From Candidatus Obscuribacter sp. (GTDB lineage Bacteria; Cyanobacteriota; Vampirovibrionia; Obscuribacterales; Obscuribacteraceae): a stretch of 64,000 nucleotides of DNA. Below are positions 46,056 through 54,951 of the stretch, one piece after another. How positions within the stretch are numbered: the first letter of the stretch is position 1; each line of letters opens with the position of its first letter. The notes under the pieces were generated by a model. It did no database searches. It saw only the letters and a program-made list of their open reading frames with translations, and was not told the DNA's origin. Made by a program: the position numbers and the translations under genes. The stretch lies in assembly GCA_021772095.1 (NCBI GenBank), contig JADYXR010000001.1, positions 10,786 through 74,785 of the forward strand. Direction: 5' to 3'.

Positions 46056-46781
46056 ATGAAGATTCAACGCGGCAGCCTGGCTACCTCTATTCTTGTCGCT
46101 ATGGTGGCAGTCGGCGTAGCGCAGAGTTCCGCCAGTGCGGCGCCGTTCAAACTGGGCGTCGAAGAGCGCGGCTACATCCAGAATCCCAATGGGGGCGAAG
46201 CTGCCTACCCAATGCCGGAGATGGTGGGGCAACCTCTACAGGGTAATGCCGTTCAACATCAAGCTCCTAAGAAGAAACAACCGGCTCCTCCGAAGAAGCA
46301 GCCGTTCCAGGGACAGATCCAGCAATCGCAGCCAGCACAGCCTGTACAACGCCCGATGATGATAAACAGCGGAGTGCAGCAGAGCATTCAACTGCCGCCA
46401 GGCTTCATGGGTGCCTGGGTGGTTCAAGGATTGAGACAAGAAATTCAAGCACAAGAACAGTTTAGAGCTGCCATTCCGACCATCTTCCAGGGTCAAACTC
46501 AAGACGTCTGGACGATCTCCGGGAATCCGAACAGCGGTTACGCATTTGCCAATGAAGCCGGAGTGAGAACGGCAATTTTTGTCGACAAAGTACAGGGCGA
46601 CACCGCCTTCATCCGCTACCAGCATCCGATCAAGAACACGATGGCGCAAGAAGCAATCGTTATGCAGATAGCACCTGGTGGCGCCCAGTTCAAAGGTCTT
46701 GAACGAATCTCAATCGTCAAACAAGGCGAACCAAGCCCGCGTGCCAAAGTGACATATCAACTGATGGGCAGACGCAGATAA
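46056..46781 (+). CDS. Exported protein (function unknown)
   Basis: The ATG at 46056 gives MKIQRGSLATSILVAMVAVGVAQSSASA. A Q/P/K-rich linker is followed by a beta-rich-looking C-terminal half. Confidence 0.55.
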   Translation: MKIQRGSLATSILVAMVAVGVAQSSASAAPFKLGVEERGYIQNPNGGEAAYPMPEMVGQPLQGNAVQHQAPKKKQPAPPKKQPFQGQIQQSQPAQPVQRPMMINSGVQQSIQLPPGFMGAWVVQGLRQEIQAQEQFRAAIPTIFQGQTQDVWTISGNPNSGYAFANEAGVRTAIFVDKVQGDTAFIRYQHPIKNTMAQEAIVMQIAPGGAQFKGLERISIVKQGEPSPRAKVTYQLMGRRR

Positions 46782-46969
46782 GCTGGACGACAGTCGGCAA
46801 CAATTATTCTTTCCTGTGAACCACTGATCCAATCAGCGTTCTCGACTCGCTGAAATATTACTTACAGCGTTTTTTCAGCTCGAGCGCTTGTCTTCGGCTA
46901 TCATCTAGAATCCAGTTAAAATGTGAGATCGAAATGCTGCACAGGAAAACACGTCGCAAACAGGGCGGA

Positions 46970-47803
46970 ATGTCAAGATCGAAGGTTCTCTGCGCATTGC
47001 TGACAGCGCTGTTGCTGGTCGGCGCCAATGCCGCAGATGCCCGGGAAAAGCTCGACAACGATAACGTCGCAGGCGACCAATACTCAGACCCGCAGCTTCG
47101 TCCGGAAATCTTGCCTGGATCGGAAACGACTCTCCCCACTCGACCGGAAGAGGTAACGGAAAAGCTGCAACCGTCAGGGAGCGCAGCTCCACCCGTTCTC
47201 AAAGGTGCTGCCGACACAACGGCAATCAATTTAAACTCTCGAGCCGAGCTGCTCGCCGCTAATCCACTCAGTCGGTATCGTGGTGACAGCCTGGTTTTTT
47301 TCAAAGTACATATTAAAAACAGTGGTTCTACGCCGGTCCTGGTTCTGGGCCGCGACGCTCAGTTTGTCACCCCATCAGCGACCGTGAAAACGATTCGGGC
47401 TGCCACCCTGGAAAACCACGACAACGTCCTGCTGACGCCCAAGGAAAAGGTCCTGGTCGGTGCCGTGGGCATTGGAAGCGCTGGTCTGGCTAGCTCTATC
47501 TTTTACGAACACATGACCCCTTCCGAGAACAAACACCGCAGCCTCGGCATCGCACTGGGTCGCGACCGTGGTCGCCATGAGGTGGAATCGGAAAATCTCG
47601 GCACCAGGCTGGTGATGCCGGGCGACGAAACCAACGGCTGGCTTGCATTTGAAGACTCGGCCAATGTTCGGCAGCAAAATACATTAAGAGTACCGGTGAT
47701 GTTTCCGCCCTACAGTACGGTGTCTGCCAACCTGGCAGTGCCCGTAACCGCGGTCGGGGCCCCGCTTTCACCGCCTGACATGACGCCGGGCAACAAACAA
47801 TAG
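46970..47803 (+). CDS. Exported protein with Ig-like (DUF4352-like) pattern
   Basis: The ATG at 46970 gives MSRSKVLCALLTALLLVGANAADA. FFKVHIKNSGSTPVLVLGRDAQFV ... GTRLVMPGDETNGWLAFE resembles beta-sandwich domains of the DUF4352 type (judged by eye only). Confidence 0.5.
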   Translation: MSRSKVLCALLTALLLVGANAADAREKLDNDNVAGDQYSDPQLRPEILPGSETTLPTRPEEVTEKLQPSGSAAPPVLKGAADTTAINLNSRAELLAANPLSRYRGDSLVFFKVHIKNSGSTPVLVLGRDAQFVTPSATVKTIRAATLENHDNVLLTPKEKVLVGAVGIGSAGLASSIFYEHMTPSENKHRSLGIALGRDRGRHEVESENLGTRLVMPGDETNGWLAFEDSANVRQQNTLRVPVMFPPYSTVSANLAVPVTAVGAPLSPPDMTPGNKQ

Positions 47804-47839
47804 TGGTTTGATACAATTTGGGACTCTCTTCGTTCGACC

Positions 47840-48508
47840 ATGAAATGGATCGGGCGATGGAATCTTCACAGGTTGCCGCAAACTTTGAAATCATTTGGAA
47901 CTCTAGTTTTAATCGCGCTTTTGACCGGAATCCTTTTCTGGTCATCGCCAATCTTTTATAGTGCGGATGCTAAGGCATCGCCTAAAGATGCGGAGCCTGA
48001 GAAAACGAAAGTTCGTGTGGAACCAAATCCCGTGGTGGTTGTAGAGACATCCAAGGGTGTGATCAAAATGCTCGTTTATAAAAACGAAGCACCGACGACA
48101 GCACAAAATTTTCTTGAGTTGGTCAAAAATCACACATACGATGGAACCAAGTTCCACCGCTATGAGCCTAAGTTCTGCGTGCAGGGCGGCGATCCAACCG
48201 GCACCGGCCGTGGTGGCTCAGGCAAATCCATTCCCTTAGAGATCAATCGTCAACTGAAGCACAGCGAGGCCGGCATGGTCGGCATGGCTAGAGGCCCCAA
48301 GAGGGATTCAGCCAGTTCACAGTTTTATATTATTCTCGGACCACAAAGCGGACTCGACAATGAGTTTGCTGTTTTTGCAAAAGTGACTGAAGGATTGGAC
48401 ATAGTGTTCACTCTTCGAAAAGGCGACACCATGGACAGTCTGTATCTTGAGGGTTCCAAAAAGGAACCTAAGAAGGAAACTAAAAAAGAGTCGAAAAAAG
48501 AAGGTTAG
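47840..48508 (+). CDS. Cyclophilin-type peptidyl-prolyl isomerase, membrane-anchored or exported, with K/E-rich tail
   Basis: N-terminal hydrophobic helix LVLIALLTGILFW. Cyclophilin core FHRYEPKFCVQGGDPTGTGRGGSG ... GMVGMARG ... SSQFYI ... FAVFAKVTEGLDIV. C-terminal KKEPKKETKKESKKEG. Confidence 0.9.
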   Translation: MKWIGRWNLHRLPQTLKSFGTLVLIALLTGILFWSSPIFYSADAKASPKDAEPEKTKVRVEPNPVVVVETSKGVIKMLVYKNEAPTTAQNFLELVKNHTYDGTKFHRYEPKFCVQGGDPTGTGRGGSGKSIPLEINRQLKHSEAGMVGMARGPKRDSASSQFYIILGPQSGLDNEFAVFAKVTEGLDIVFTLRKGDTMDSLYLEGSKKEPKKETKKESKKEG

Positions 48509-48556
48509 CGGCCGGCATCTAGCCGATTGCAAACTGAGCAACAAAGAGGAAATGAA

Positions 48557-49006
48557 ATGAACGACCCAGTCGTATTGATCGAAACCAACAAAGGCACCAT
48601 TAAGGCTCAAATTCATTTGACTGATGCGCCTATCACCGCCCAGAATTTCTTGGATCTGGTAAACAAAGGATTCTATAACGGGTTGACGTTCCACCGCTAC
48701 GAACCGGGCTTCTGCCTGCAAGGCGGATGTCCTAAAGGCACCGGCACTGGTGGCTCGGACAAAAACATCCCGTTGGAAATCAACAAAAAATTGTCGCACA
48801 AAGAGAAGGGCGTTTTGGCGATGGCGAGATCAGATGATCCGAATTCAGCCAGCTCGCAATTCTATTTCACCCTCGGCGACGCTAACTTCCTCGATGGCAA
48901 CTATGCGGTCTTCGGAAAGCTTACCGAAGGCATGGAAGTTCTCGATCAGCTCCGCAAGGGCGACAAGATGGTCAATGTCAAAGTTGGCGAATCAGTTCAC
49001 GCATAA
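48557..49006 (+). CDS. Cyclophilin-type peptidyl-prolyl isomerase, cytoplasmic form
   Basis: [68 protein letters not shown] at 48557 with GAGGA 7 nt upstream. Confidence 0.9.
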   Translation: MNDPVVLIETNKGTIKAQIHLTDAPITAQNFLDLVNKGFYNGLTFHRYEPGFCLQGGCPKGTGTGGSDKNIPLEINKKLSHKEKGVLAMARSDDPNSASSQFYFTLGDANFLDGNYAVFGKLTEGMEVLDQLRKGDKMVNVKVGESVHA

Positions 49007-49026
49007 GTAATTTGAATTAGCATCCG

Positions 49027-49062
49027 AAAGTTCGCTCGAAATTAAATTTCGGGCGAACTTTT
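49027..49062 (+). terminator. Strong Rho-independent terminator after the second cyclophilin gene
   Basis: AAAGTTCGCTCGAAAT 49027-49042 pairs with ATTTCGGGCGAACTTT 49046-49061 (16 bp, one G-T pair, 3-nt loop). The stem runs into a T tract. Confidence 0.75.
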
Positions 49063-49173
49063 AGACTGCATATATTTCGCATCCTTGTTCGATACTGTAG
49101 AGATATAGGTTTTTACACCGTAGAAATGAAGTAGCAGTTGCAGCTGCTGACGCGACGTTCAAGACGTGGCTAC

Positions 49174-49210
49174 GGTGACGGAAGCGGGGCGGCGCCCCGT
49201 TTTCGTCACC
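49174..49210. other. 17-bp GC-rich hairpin in a long convergent spacer
   Basis: GGTGACGGAAGCGGGGC 49174-49190, loop GGC, GCCCCGTTTTCGTCACC 49194-49210 (two G-T pairs). Downstream there is a weak stem GGGCG/CGTCC at 49264-49278 followed by T9 at 49281-49289. Confidence 0.4.
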
Positions 49211-49366
49211 GGGAGCCCGACATTCGTGTTGGAATTTTTTTCCGGGACCCAAATTTCGGAGCAGGGCGACGAGCGTCCAGTTTTTTTTTGAAAAGCCCTC
49301 GGCGAGCGGCTGTTTGGAGACCCAAGCCGCGCAAAAGCCAAGCACATTTGAAACCCAGATTCCGAC

Positions 49367-50239
49367 CTAGATCTTGATATAACGCCCTGACGTCCAGGCA
49401 CCACCACCGGCACCAACTGCGACACCAAGCGTCAACATGATTGCAAATGTCTGAGCAATGTTGTATCCCACGTTTTGCGGGAAGAACGGAGCCAGACTGG
49501 CCAGTTCCTGCTGCAGATATGGCTGAATCACATACAAATGCATAGTCAGCAAGACCAGCATGGCAAGCGTCGCCGCGATGAATCCATAGAATGCGCCCTG
49601 GAAGACGAACGGACATTTGATATAGAAATGGCCAACGCCCATCAAACTGAGAATCTCAATTTCTTTTTGCCGCGATTGAATAACTAAGTGAATCGTGTTT
49701 CCGATTACGGTCAGCGTCGCGGCAGTCAGGGCGCCAGTTACGACAACACCTGCAATTTCGATGAAGTGCCTGAATTCGTTGATGCGTTTAACAACCATCA
49801 TCGGATATCTAACCGCTTCGATCGCCGGCAAAAGTTTCAACTTCGGAGCAAGAGCCTCGACTTGATCGGCTCGATTCACGGTAACGTGAAGCGTGTTGGG
49901 AAGCGGGTTTGAGATAGACGCAACGTTGAGAGATTTTTTCATATCTTCCCAGGCGACGTCTTTAGTTATCACTTCGACCAAACGAACTTCTTTGTACTGA
50001 CTGACATCACGAGCCACTTCACGTGGTTCGTACTTGTCACTCAAAAATGCCGAGATCACCATTTGCGAACCCCAGAGGTTAACCAGGTTCTTCAACGACA
50101 TCGTGAGCTGAAGCACGCTTCCGAAGATAGTCAGAGCGATTGCAAGGATGCTTATGACTAGCCAGTTTGACCAGCCGCTTCGTTTGATGCCCAGAAAGGT
50201 TTCAACAAAAACTCTTCCAAGTATTCTCAATTGCCGCAT
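49367..50239 (-). CDS. ftsX: Cell division ABC transporter permease FtsX
   Basis: 290 aa with one N-terminal TM, a periplasmic loop and three C-terminal TMs. Immediately downstream of ftsE (22-nt gap). Confidence 0.88.
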   Translation of the reverse strand: MRQLRILGRVFVETFLGIKRSGWSNWLVISILAIALTIFGSVLQLTMSLKNLVNLWGSQMVISAFLSDKYEPREVARDVSQYKEVRLVEVITKDVAWEDMKKSLNVASISNPLPNTLHVTVNRADQVEALAPKLKLLPAIEAVRYPMMVVKRINEFRHFIEIAGVVVTGALTAATLTVIGNTIHLVIQSRQKEIEILSLMGVGHFYIKCPFVFQGAFYGFIAATLAMLVLLTMHLYVIQPYLQQELASLAPFFPQNVGYNIAQTFAIMLTLGVAVGAGGGAWTSGRYIKI

Positions 50240-50261
50240 TACATCGACTCCAAAAAATCAA

Positions 50262-50984
50262 TTAAACAAGTGAAGACATTGACTGCGAAACTGATTGCAG
50301 ATCCATGTGAGTGTCATAGACGCCGCTATCGACATCGGAGACCAGCTCACCGCCTTTGAGGGCGATAACGCGACGTCTCATCGCATCAACAATAGTGTGA
50401 TCGTGGGTGGAAATCAGAACAGTGGTGCCACGTTCTGAAATTCTCGACAAGAGCTGAACAATTTCAAGCGAAGTAGCAGGATCGAGGTTGCCTGTTGGTT
50501 CATCAGCCAGTAGAACCGGCGGTCCGTTGACGATCGCTCGTGCGATGCCGACGCGTTGTTGTTCGCCACCAGAAAGTTCTTCAGGAAATGCATTCGCTTT
50601 TTCTTCCAGGTTGACTACGTTGAGTGCGCTGGAAACGCGCTTGCGAACATCCTTTTCATCAACGCCGAGAGCTCGCAAGATATACGCGACGTTATCGAAT
50701 GCAGTGGTTTTGGACAACAATTTGTAGTCCTGGAAGACGATGCCCAGACGACGGCGCAACAGTGGAATCTGGCGCGGGCTGAGGCGATTGAGATTGACGC
50801 CGCCAATAAAAACGCTTCCTGAGCTTGGCACTTCTTCACGATAAAGCAAACGCATCATCGTAGATTTGCCTGCACCAGATGGTCCAACAAGGAATGCGAA
50901 TTCGCCGAGCGCCACGTGAAGGTTGATATCCTTCAATGCGGGTCGACCACCGTAGCCCTTCGATACATGCTGAAGTCGAATCAT
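50262..50984 (-). CDS. ftsE: Cell division ABC transporter ATPase FtsE
   Basis: [11 protein letters not shown], Walker [10 protein letters not shown], signature [14 protein letters not shown], Walker [13 protein letters not shown]. Confidence 0.93.
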   Translation of the reverse strand: MIRLQHVSKGYGGRPALKDINLHVALGEFAFLVGPSGAGKSTMMRLLYREEVPSSGSVFIGGVNLNRLSPRQIPLLRRRLGIVFQDYKLLSKTTAFDNVAYILRALGVDEKDVRKRVSSALNVVNLEEKANAFPEELSGGEQQRVGIARAIVNGPPVLLADEPTGNLDPATSLEIVQLLSRISERGTTVLISTHDHTIVDAMRRRVIALKGGELVSDVDSGVYDTHMDLQSVSQSMSSLV

Positions 50985-51187
50985 TTTGTGGTTTCAACCT
51001 GAGGGGATGCCGAAAATTCTCGCTCGATTAGCGACGAAGTTTTTTGCACTGCCGGCGATTTCTGAGGTGTTCAAAACACAGGAATGTCCGACAGGCGGGA
51101 ATCATAACATAGTAGTCAGCAGGAAGCCTTGAATAAGATCAATGTTCTACTTTGTTAATTTCAGTGGACCGAATTCCTTTCGGAGCA

Positions 51188-51913
51188 CTACGTTTTCGGT
51201 TCATGTTTGGCGTTGATCAAACCCCAGACATGACAAAGTCGACACAAGGAAAGCTCGCCATACATGCGGGTGTCGACGAATCCACACTGAGTGCAGGCAT
51301 CCAGTCCCTTGGTTTCACGCCATGCTCTAAGTCTTAACTCTCGCTCATACATGCGAACCATTCGGTCCGAAATACCAGGTTCAAACTCAACCCCGGCCTG
51401 CAGACTCTCCTTCAATTCTTGTATCTCGATTAGATTTTCTTCGGATAGCTGAATTGACGCCAGTTCTTGTTCGCTTGCCACAAACGACGCTGCACGCGCT
51501 TCTTCACGCTTGTGACTTTGCAGAGCCTTCTCTAAATAATCGCTATCTTCGCCGGCTTTGAAATGTTTCAAATCAAAACGAATGCCGACAATTTTCAATC
51601 CGACGCCACGGGCAAACGGCGCAAGCCTCTTCAGCATTGGTCCTCGCTGAAAAGATAGTTCTTGCGCAACTGAAGCATCTTTAACGGAAACGACCAGGTT
51701 TCCTTCGTTATCAATGAATAGCGGACGCGTCACGTTCTTGAATGGTGGGTCCACAATATCCGCCCAGAGCGACATGAAGGCATGTTCTTTCATGCGCTGC
51801 TCCAGACCGAACTTCGAAATCACTTTGCTCAAGACCGTCGAAACGTCGGTCATAGTGCTGCGAGAACGGTAGCGATCAGGTTTTCTGGCTCTGACAGTTT
51901 CGTCTTCGGGCAT
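51188..51913 (-). CDS. DUF721 (DciA-like) protein with C-terminal zinc-ribbon extension
   Basis: VLSKVISKFGLEQRMKEHAFMSLWADIV...RPLFIDNEGNLVVSVKDASVAQELSFQRGPMLKRL fits DUF721. An extra ~110 aa ends in CTQCGFV...CRLCH. Confidence 0.55.
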   Translation of the reverse strand: MPEDETVRARKPDRYRSRSTMTDVSTVLSKVISKFGLEQRMKEHAFMSLWADIVDPPFKNVTRPLFIDNEGNLVVSVKDASVAQELSFQRGPMLKRLAPFARGVGLKIVGIRFDLKHFKAGEDSDYLEKALQSHKREEARAASFVASEQELASIQLSEENLIEIQELKESLQAGVEFEPGISDRMVRMYERELRLRAWRETKGLDACTQCGFVDTRMYGELSLCRLCHVWGLINAKHEPKT

Positions 51914-52052
51914 TGGAATGGTGCTCCTGAAGCGCTTCCCGCGCAGCCTTTCCCAATAGCAACATTATAGGAGTAACGCGGATGCCTGTGGTTATCAGGA
52001 AAATTTCCTCATAATCTGCCCGATCTAAGCGCATCCCCAGCCAAACCTGAGT

Positions 52053-52058
52053 TATAAT
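52053..52058 (+). promoter_or_regulatory. Candidate -10 hexamer for the SCP2-domain gene
   Basis: Perfect TATAAT 56 nt upstream of the ATG at 52114. No convincing -35 element. Confidence 0.3.
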
Positions 52059-52113
52059 CTGTCGACTCGCCGCATCGGCGGGCAAGTCAGTTATTGGTGC
52101 CGGTGGAGGTTCT

Positions 52114-52470
52114 ATGAGGTCACCCGTGGTCGCTCAAAATACTATTGAAGAACTTCAGCGCAGATTCAAACCAGAGAATGCGCGCAATCTTTCAGCCACC
52201 TACCTGATCACCATTCGTGGAGAAGACGGCGGTTCCTGGCTTACCAAGATCGCCGAAGGCAACTGCGAATTCATCAAACAAGATGATCCTGAGAGCGCAA
52301 GAGCGGATTGCTCGATCGCAATCAACGCAGAAGATCTGGAATTCATCATGAACGGTCAAATGACCGCAATGACAGCAGCCCTTTCCGGCATTCTCGCCAT
52401 CGACGGCGAACTCGGTCTGGCGATGCAACTTGTGCCAATCTTCTTCGAAGGACAGGCACCATTTATTTAA
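52114..52470 (+). CDS. SCP2 (sterol-carrier-like) domain protein
   Basis: YLITIRGEDGGSWLTKIAEGNCEF ... ADCSIAINAEDLEFIMNGQMTAMTAALSGILAIDGELGLAMQL is a typical SCP2 fold pattern. GGAGG lies 5 nt upstream. Confidence 0.65.
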   Translation: MRSPVVAQNTIEELQRRFKPENARNLSATYLITIRGEDGGSWLTKIAEGNCEFIKQDDPESARADCSIAINAEDLEFIMNGQMTAMTAALSGILAIDGELGLAMQLVPIFFEGQAPFI

Positions 52471-52598
52471 GTTCATTCCAACCGGGTATATAGAACTCGG
52501 CGATTCGGCTCATCTTAATTTTTTGACGAGTTCTGAATCAGGCGTAGTGATACTATGCAAATTGAACTGCCGGGCGACAAGCCGTGGCAAGCGTTTTT

Positions 52599-52629
52599 AA
52601 GGAACCGGTTAAACGGTTCCTGTTTTTTT
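52599..52629 (+). terminator. Rho-independent terminator about 130 nt downstream of the SCP2 gene
   Basis: AAGGAACCG 52599-52607 pairs with CGGTTCCT 52614-52621 across the loop GTTAAA, followed by GTTTTTTT. Confidence 0.7.
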
Positions 52630-52801
52630 GGCTATTTTTAGGCATCACCGGCGGTGGCAAGCATTTAGCGGTCAAACAATCTGCACAAATCACTCAGTCC
52701 GCGCGTCGCCAGTTTCCATGCGGTTTAAAACCAGCGAACAACCACAGGAAGCGGTCGCAAGTTCACGATCACGAACGCAATTTACTAAAACACAAAACAA
52801 C

Positions 52802-53704
52802 TCAACAACGCCCAAGCCGCTCAAGCGCTTCTTTCATACACTCCGCCGGCACCGCGCGCCCCGTCCAGATCTCGAACGCTCGCGCCGCCTGATAGATCAA
52901 CATATCCAATCCATCTATCGACGCATAACCTTTTGACTGCGCCAAATCTTCCAATGGCGTCGCCATATCCATGCGTGAATAAACCAGGTCGTAAATAAGC
53001 GCGCGCCGATCGAGTTTCGCAACACACGCCGAGAACCAGTCAGGCAGGGGCTTTGAATCTTGCCCCATGGGCGTGGCGTTGACTAGTAAAAACTTATTCC
53101 GAAGTGCATTTTCGTCTTCAAGATTCGCAATCACTCGCAGCAAATTCGATTGCAAAAGCAGATCGCCTTTTGAACCCATCGATTTTGCAAGACTGGAAAC
53201 AAACGTTTGAGCCTTCTCGCTATCTCTTCCATATACAGATATGTCAAAGTACCCGAGCTCGCATAATCCAGCCACCACGGCGCGCGCAGCGCCCCCACAG
53301 CCGACGACGACAACCGACTTCGACCACTGCGTATCGATGCGTTCGCGTTCGAGTGCTTCCGACAATGATTTTGAAAATCCGTAGACGTCGGTGTTGTGTC
53401 CTTTGCGACTGCGACCACCGTCATCAAAAACTATCGTGTTCACAGCACCAACATAACCAGCCTCTTCGGACAGCTCCGTCAAAAACGGCATGACAGCTTG
53501 CTTGTGAGGAATAGTCACATTGACTCCGCGCAATCCCCGTTTCGCTATTTCAGCCAAACTCGATTCGAGATTTTCCGGAGCTATATCGAATAGACGGTAT
53601 TCACCTTTCAATCCAAGATACAAAAGCGCCGCCTCGTGAAGAAGCGGCGACAATGAATGTTTGACTGGATGTCCGATCAACCCGAGTTGAAATACCTCAG
53701 GCAC
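52802..53704 (-). CDS. aroE: Shikimate 5-dehydrogenase
   Basis: LGLIGHPVKHSLSPLLHEAAL, GVNVTIPHK, GAVNTIV, GHNTDVYGF, VVGCGGAARAV. The track ORF extends to 53806 but would overlap exbD. GTG at 53704 fits the conserved N-terminus. Confidence 0.85.
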   Translation of the reverse strand: MPEVFQLGLIGHPVKHSLSPLLHEAALLYLGLKGEYRLFDIAPENLESSLAEIAKRGLRGVNVTIPHKQAVMPFLTELSEEAGYVGAVNTIVFDDGGRSRKGHNTDVYGFSKSLSEALERERIDTQWSKSVVVVGCGGAARAVVAGLCELGYFDISVYGRDSEKAQTFVSSLAKSMGSKGDLLLQSNLLRVIANLEDENALRNKFLLVNATPMGQDSKPLPDWFSACVAKLDRRALIYDLVYSRMDMATPLEDLAQSKGYASIDGLDMLIYQAARAFEIWTGRAVPAECMKEALERLGRC

Positions 53705-53709
53705 GATTC

Positions 53710-54147
53710 TTAGTACTGTTTCGTTTGAACGGTGGCGACTCGCATCTTGGTGATACCAGATGCGGAGCAGGCGGTCATGATGTGAACCACGTCCTTCTGC
53801 TTGCAATCACCATCCGCGTTGACCGTGACCGGTACGTCTGAAATACCAATAGACTTAACGACTTCTTGCACCTTGGCTGTAATAGCTTCGGGACTGGTGT
53901 CGGGAATCTTCTTGCCGTTGATCGCGATTTCGCCATCTTTGGAGACGTCGATCATGATCGACTTGGTCCTAGAGTTCTCTTTCTTCGCGTGATAAGTCTC
54001 AGGCGGTTTGATCTTAAGTTCTGACTTATCGATCAGGGGTGCGATCAAGATCATGATTACGAGGAGCACAAGGAAAACGTCTGTCAGGGGCGTGATGTTG
54101 ATGTCGGTAAAGACTTCAGAACCGCCAGAGCCCATGGACATACGCAA
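53710..54147 (-). CDS. exbD: Biopolymer transport protein ExbD/TolR
   Basis: INITPLTDVFLVLLVIMILIAP, then a periplasmic domain. 145 aa, directly after exbB. Confidence 0.85.
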   Translation of the reverse strand: MRMSMGSGGSEVFTDINITPLTDVFLVLLVIMILIAPLIDKSELKIKPPETYHAKKENSRTKSIMIDVSKDGEIAINGKKIPDTSPEAITAKVQEVVKSIGISDVPVTVNADGDCKQKDVVHIMTACSASGITKMRVATVQTKQY

Positions 54148-54199
54148 TCACCCCCTCTAATCAAATCGAAACTGTAACTCTAGAACCCGAATAAACAAA

Positions 54200-54871
54200 C
54201 TATCTGGTGTACGAACCTTCTTTGTCTTCGCTGGCAGCGAAGCTGAGGAAGAGTAGTTTCAGAAGTTGGAAGTCATCGTTGAAACGCTTAACGGTGTTGG
54301 TGTACCAGTTGTTAAACACAACAGCGAGGATGGATACGATAAGACCATAACCTGTTGCGATCAGCGCTTTAGCTACACCGATAACAACTGTCTGCGTACC
54401 ACCACCGGATGCACCAAGTTCGTCCAGCGTAAATACGACACCAACCACGGTGCCGAACAGACCCAAGAACGGACACGTCGCCCCGATTGTACCGAGGATG
54501 GCAAGATGCTTTTCGAGTTTTCTGGAAACCAGTCCGACTGTGATGTCGAAGGCCTTCGAGAAGTCTTCTTTTTGTTCTGCCAAAAGTCTTACGCCTTCTT
54601 CAGCAACTTCACCGATTACACCGCCGAGGCGGCTGCAGGTCTGTTGCGCTTTTTGAAGATTGTTGTTTTCCAACTCGCGTTGCAATTGGTGGATGAACGC
54701 CGTCACATCTCTACGATTTTGTTGATAGTAAAGATAGCGCTCCACCGTTACCGCGAGAGTCGCTACCGAGCAGAGAGTGATTGGTATCGAAGCGAACCAA
54801 TCCTGCATCATAAAATCGATAAAATAAGTTAGGAACTTGCTTTCCATTAATGTACTCCTAAGTGAGATCAC
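54200..54871 (-). CDS. exbB: MotA/TolQ/ExbB proton-channel protein
   Basis: Three TM helices. GTIGATCPFLGLFGTVVGV and ALIATGYGLIVSILAVVF are typical of ExbB/TolQ. Confidence 0.85.
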   Translation of the reverse strand: MISLRSTLMESKFLTYFIDFMMQDWFASIPITLCSVATLAVTVERYLYYQQNRRDVTAFIHQLQRELENNNLQKAQQTCSRLGGVIGEVAEEGVRLLAEQKEDFSKAFDITVGLVSRKLEKHLAILGTIGATCPFLGLFGTVVGVVFTLDELGASGGGTQTVVIGVAKALIATGYGLIVSILAVVFNNWYTNTVKRFNDDFQLLKLLFLSFAASEDKEGSYTR

Positions 54872-54951
54872 TCTCCCTGAACGAGATCACTCCCAGCCGT
54901 TAGGGGAGTTTGAGCCCTGTGGCTCAAACATAACGGATCTGAGTAAGTCTA

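Noticed and set aside
49061-49616. Several overlapping 79-136-aa ORFs on both strands in or next to the cyclophilin/ftsX spacer
   Set aside because: They are mutually overlapping, R/G/P-rich and span terminator hairpins and a T9 run. I treat the region as non-coding.
52584-52936. Two 102-aa plus-strand ORFs between the SCP2 gene and aroE
   Set aside because: They start inside or just before a Rho-independent terminator, overlap the 3' end of aroE in antisense, and have basic low-complexity composition.
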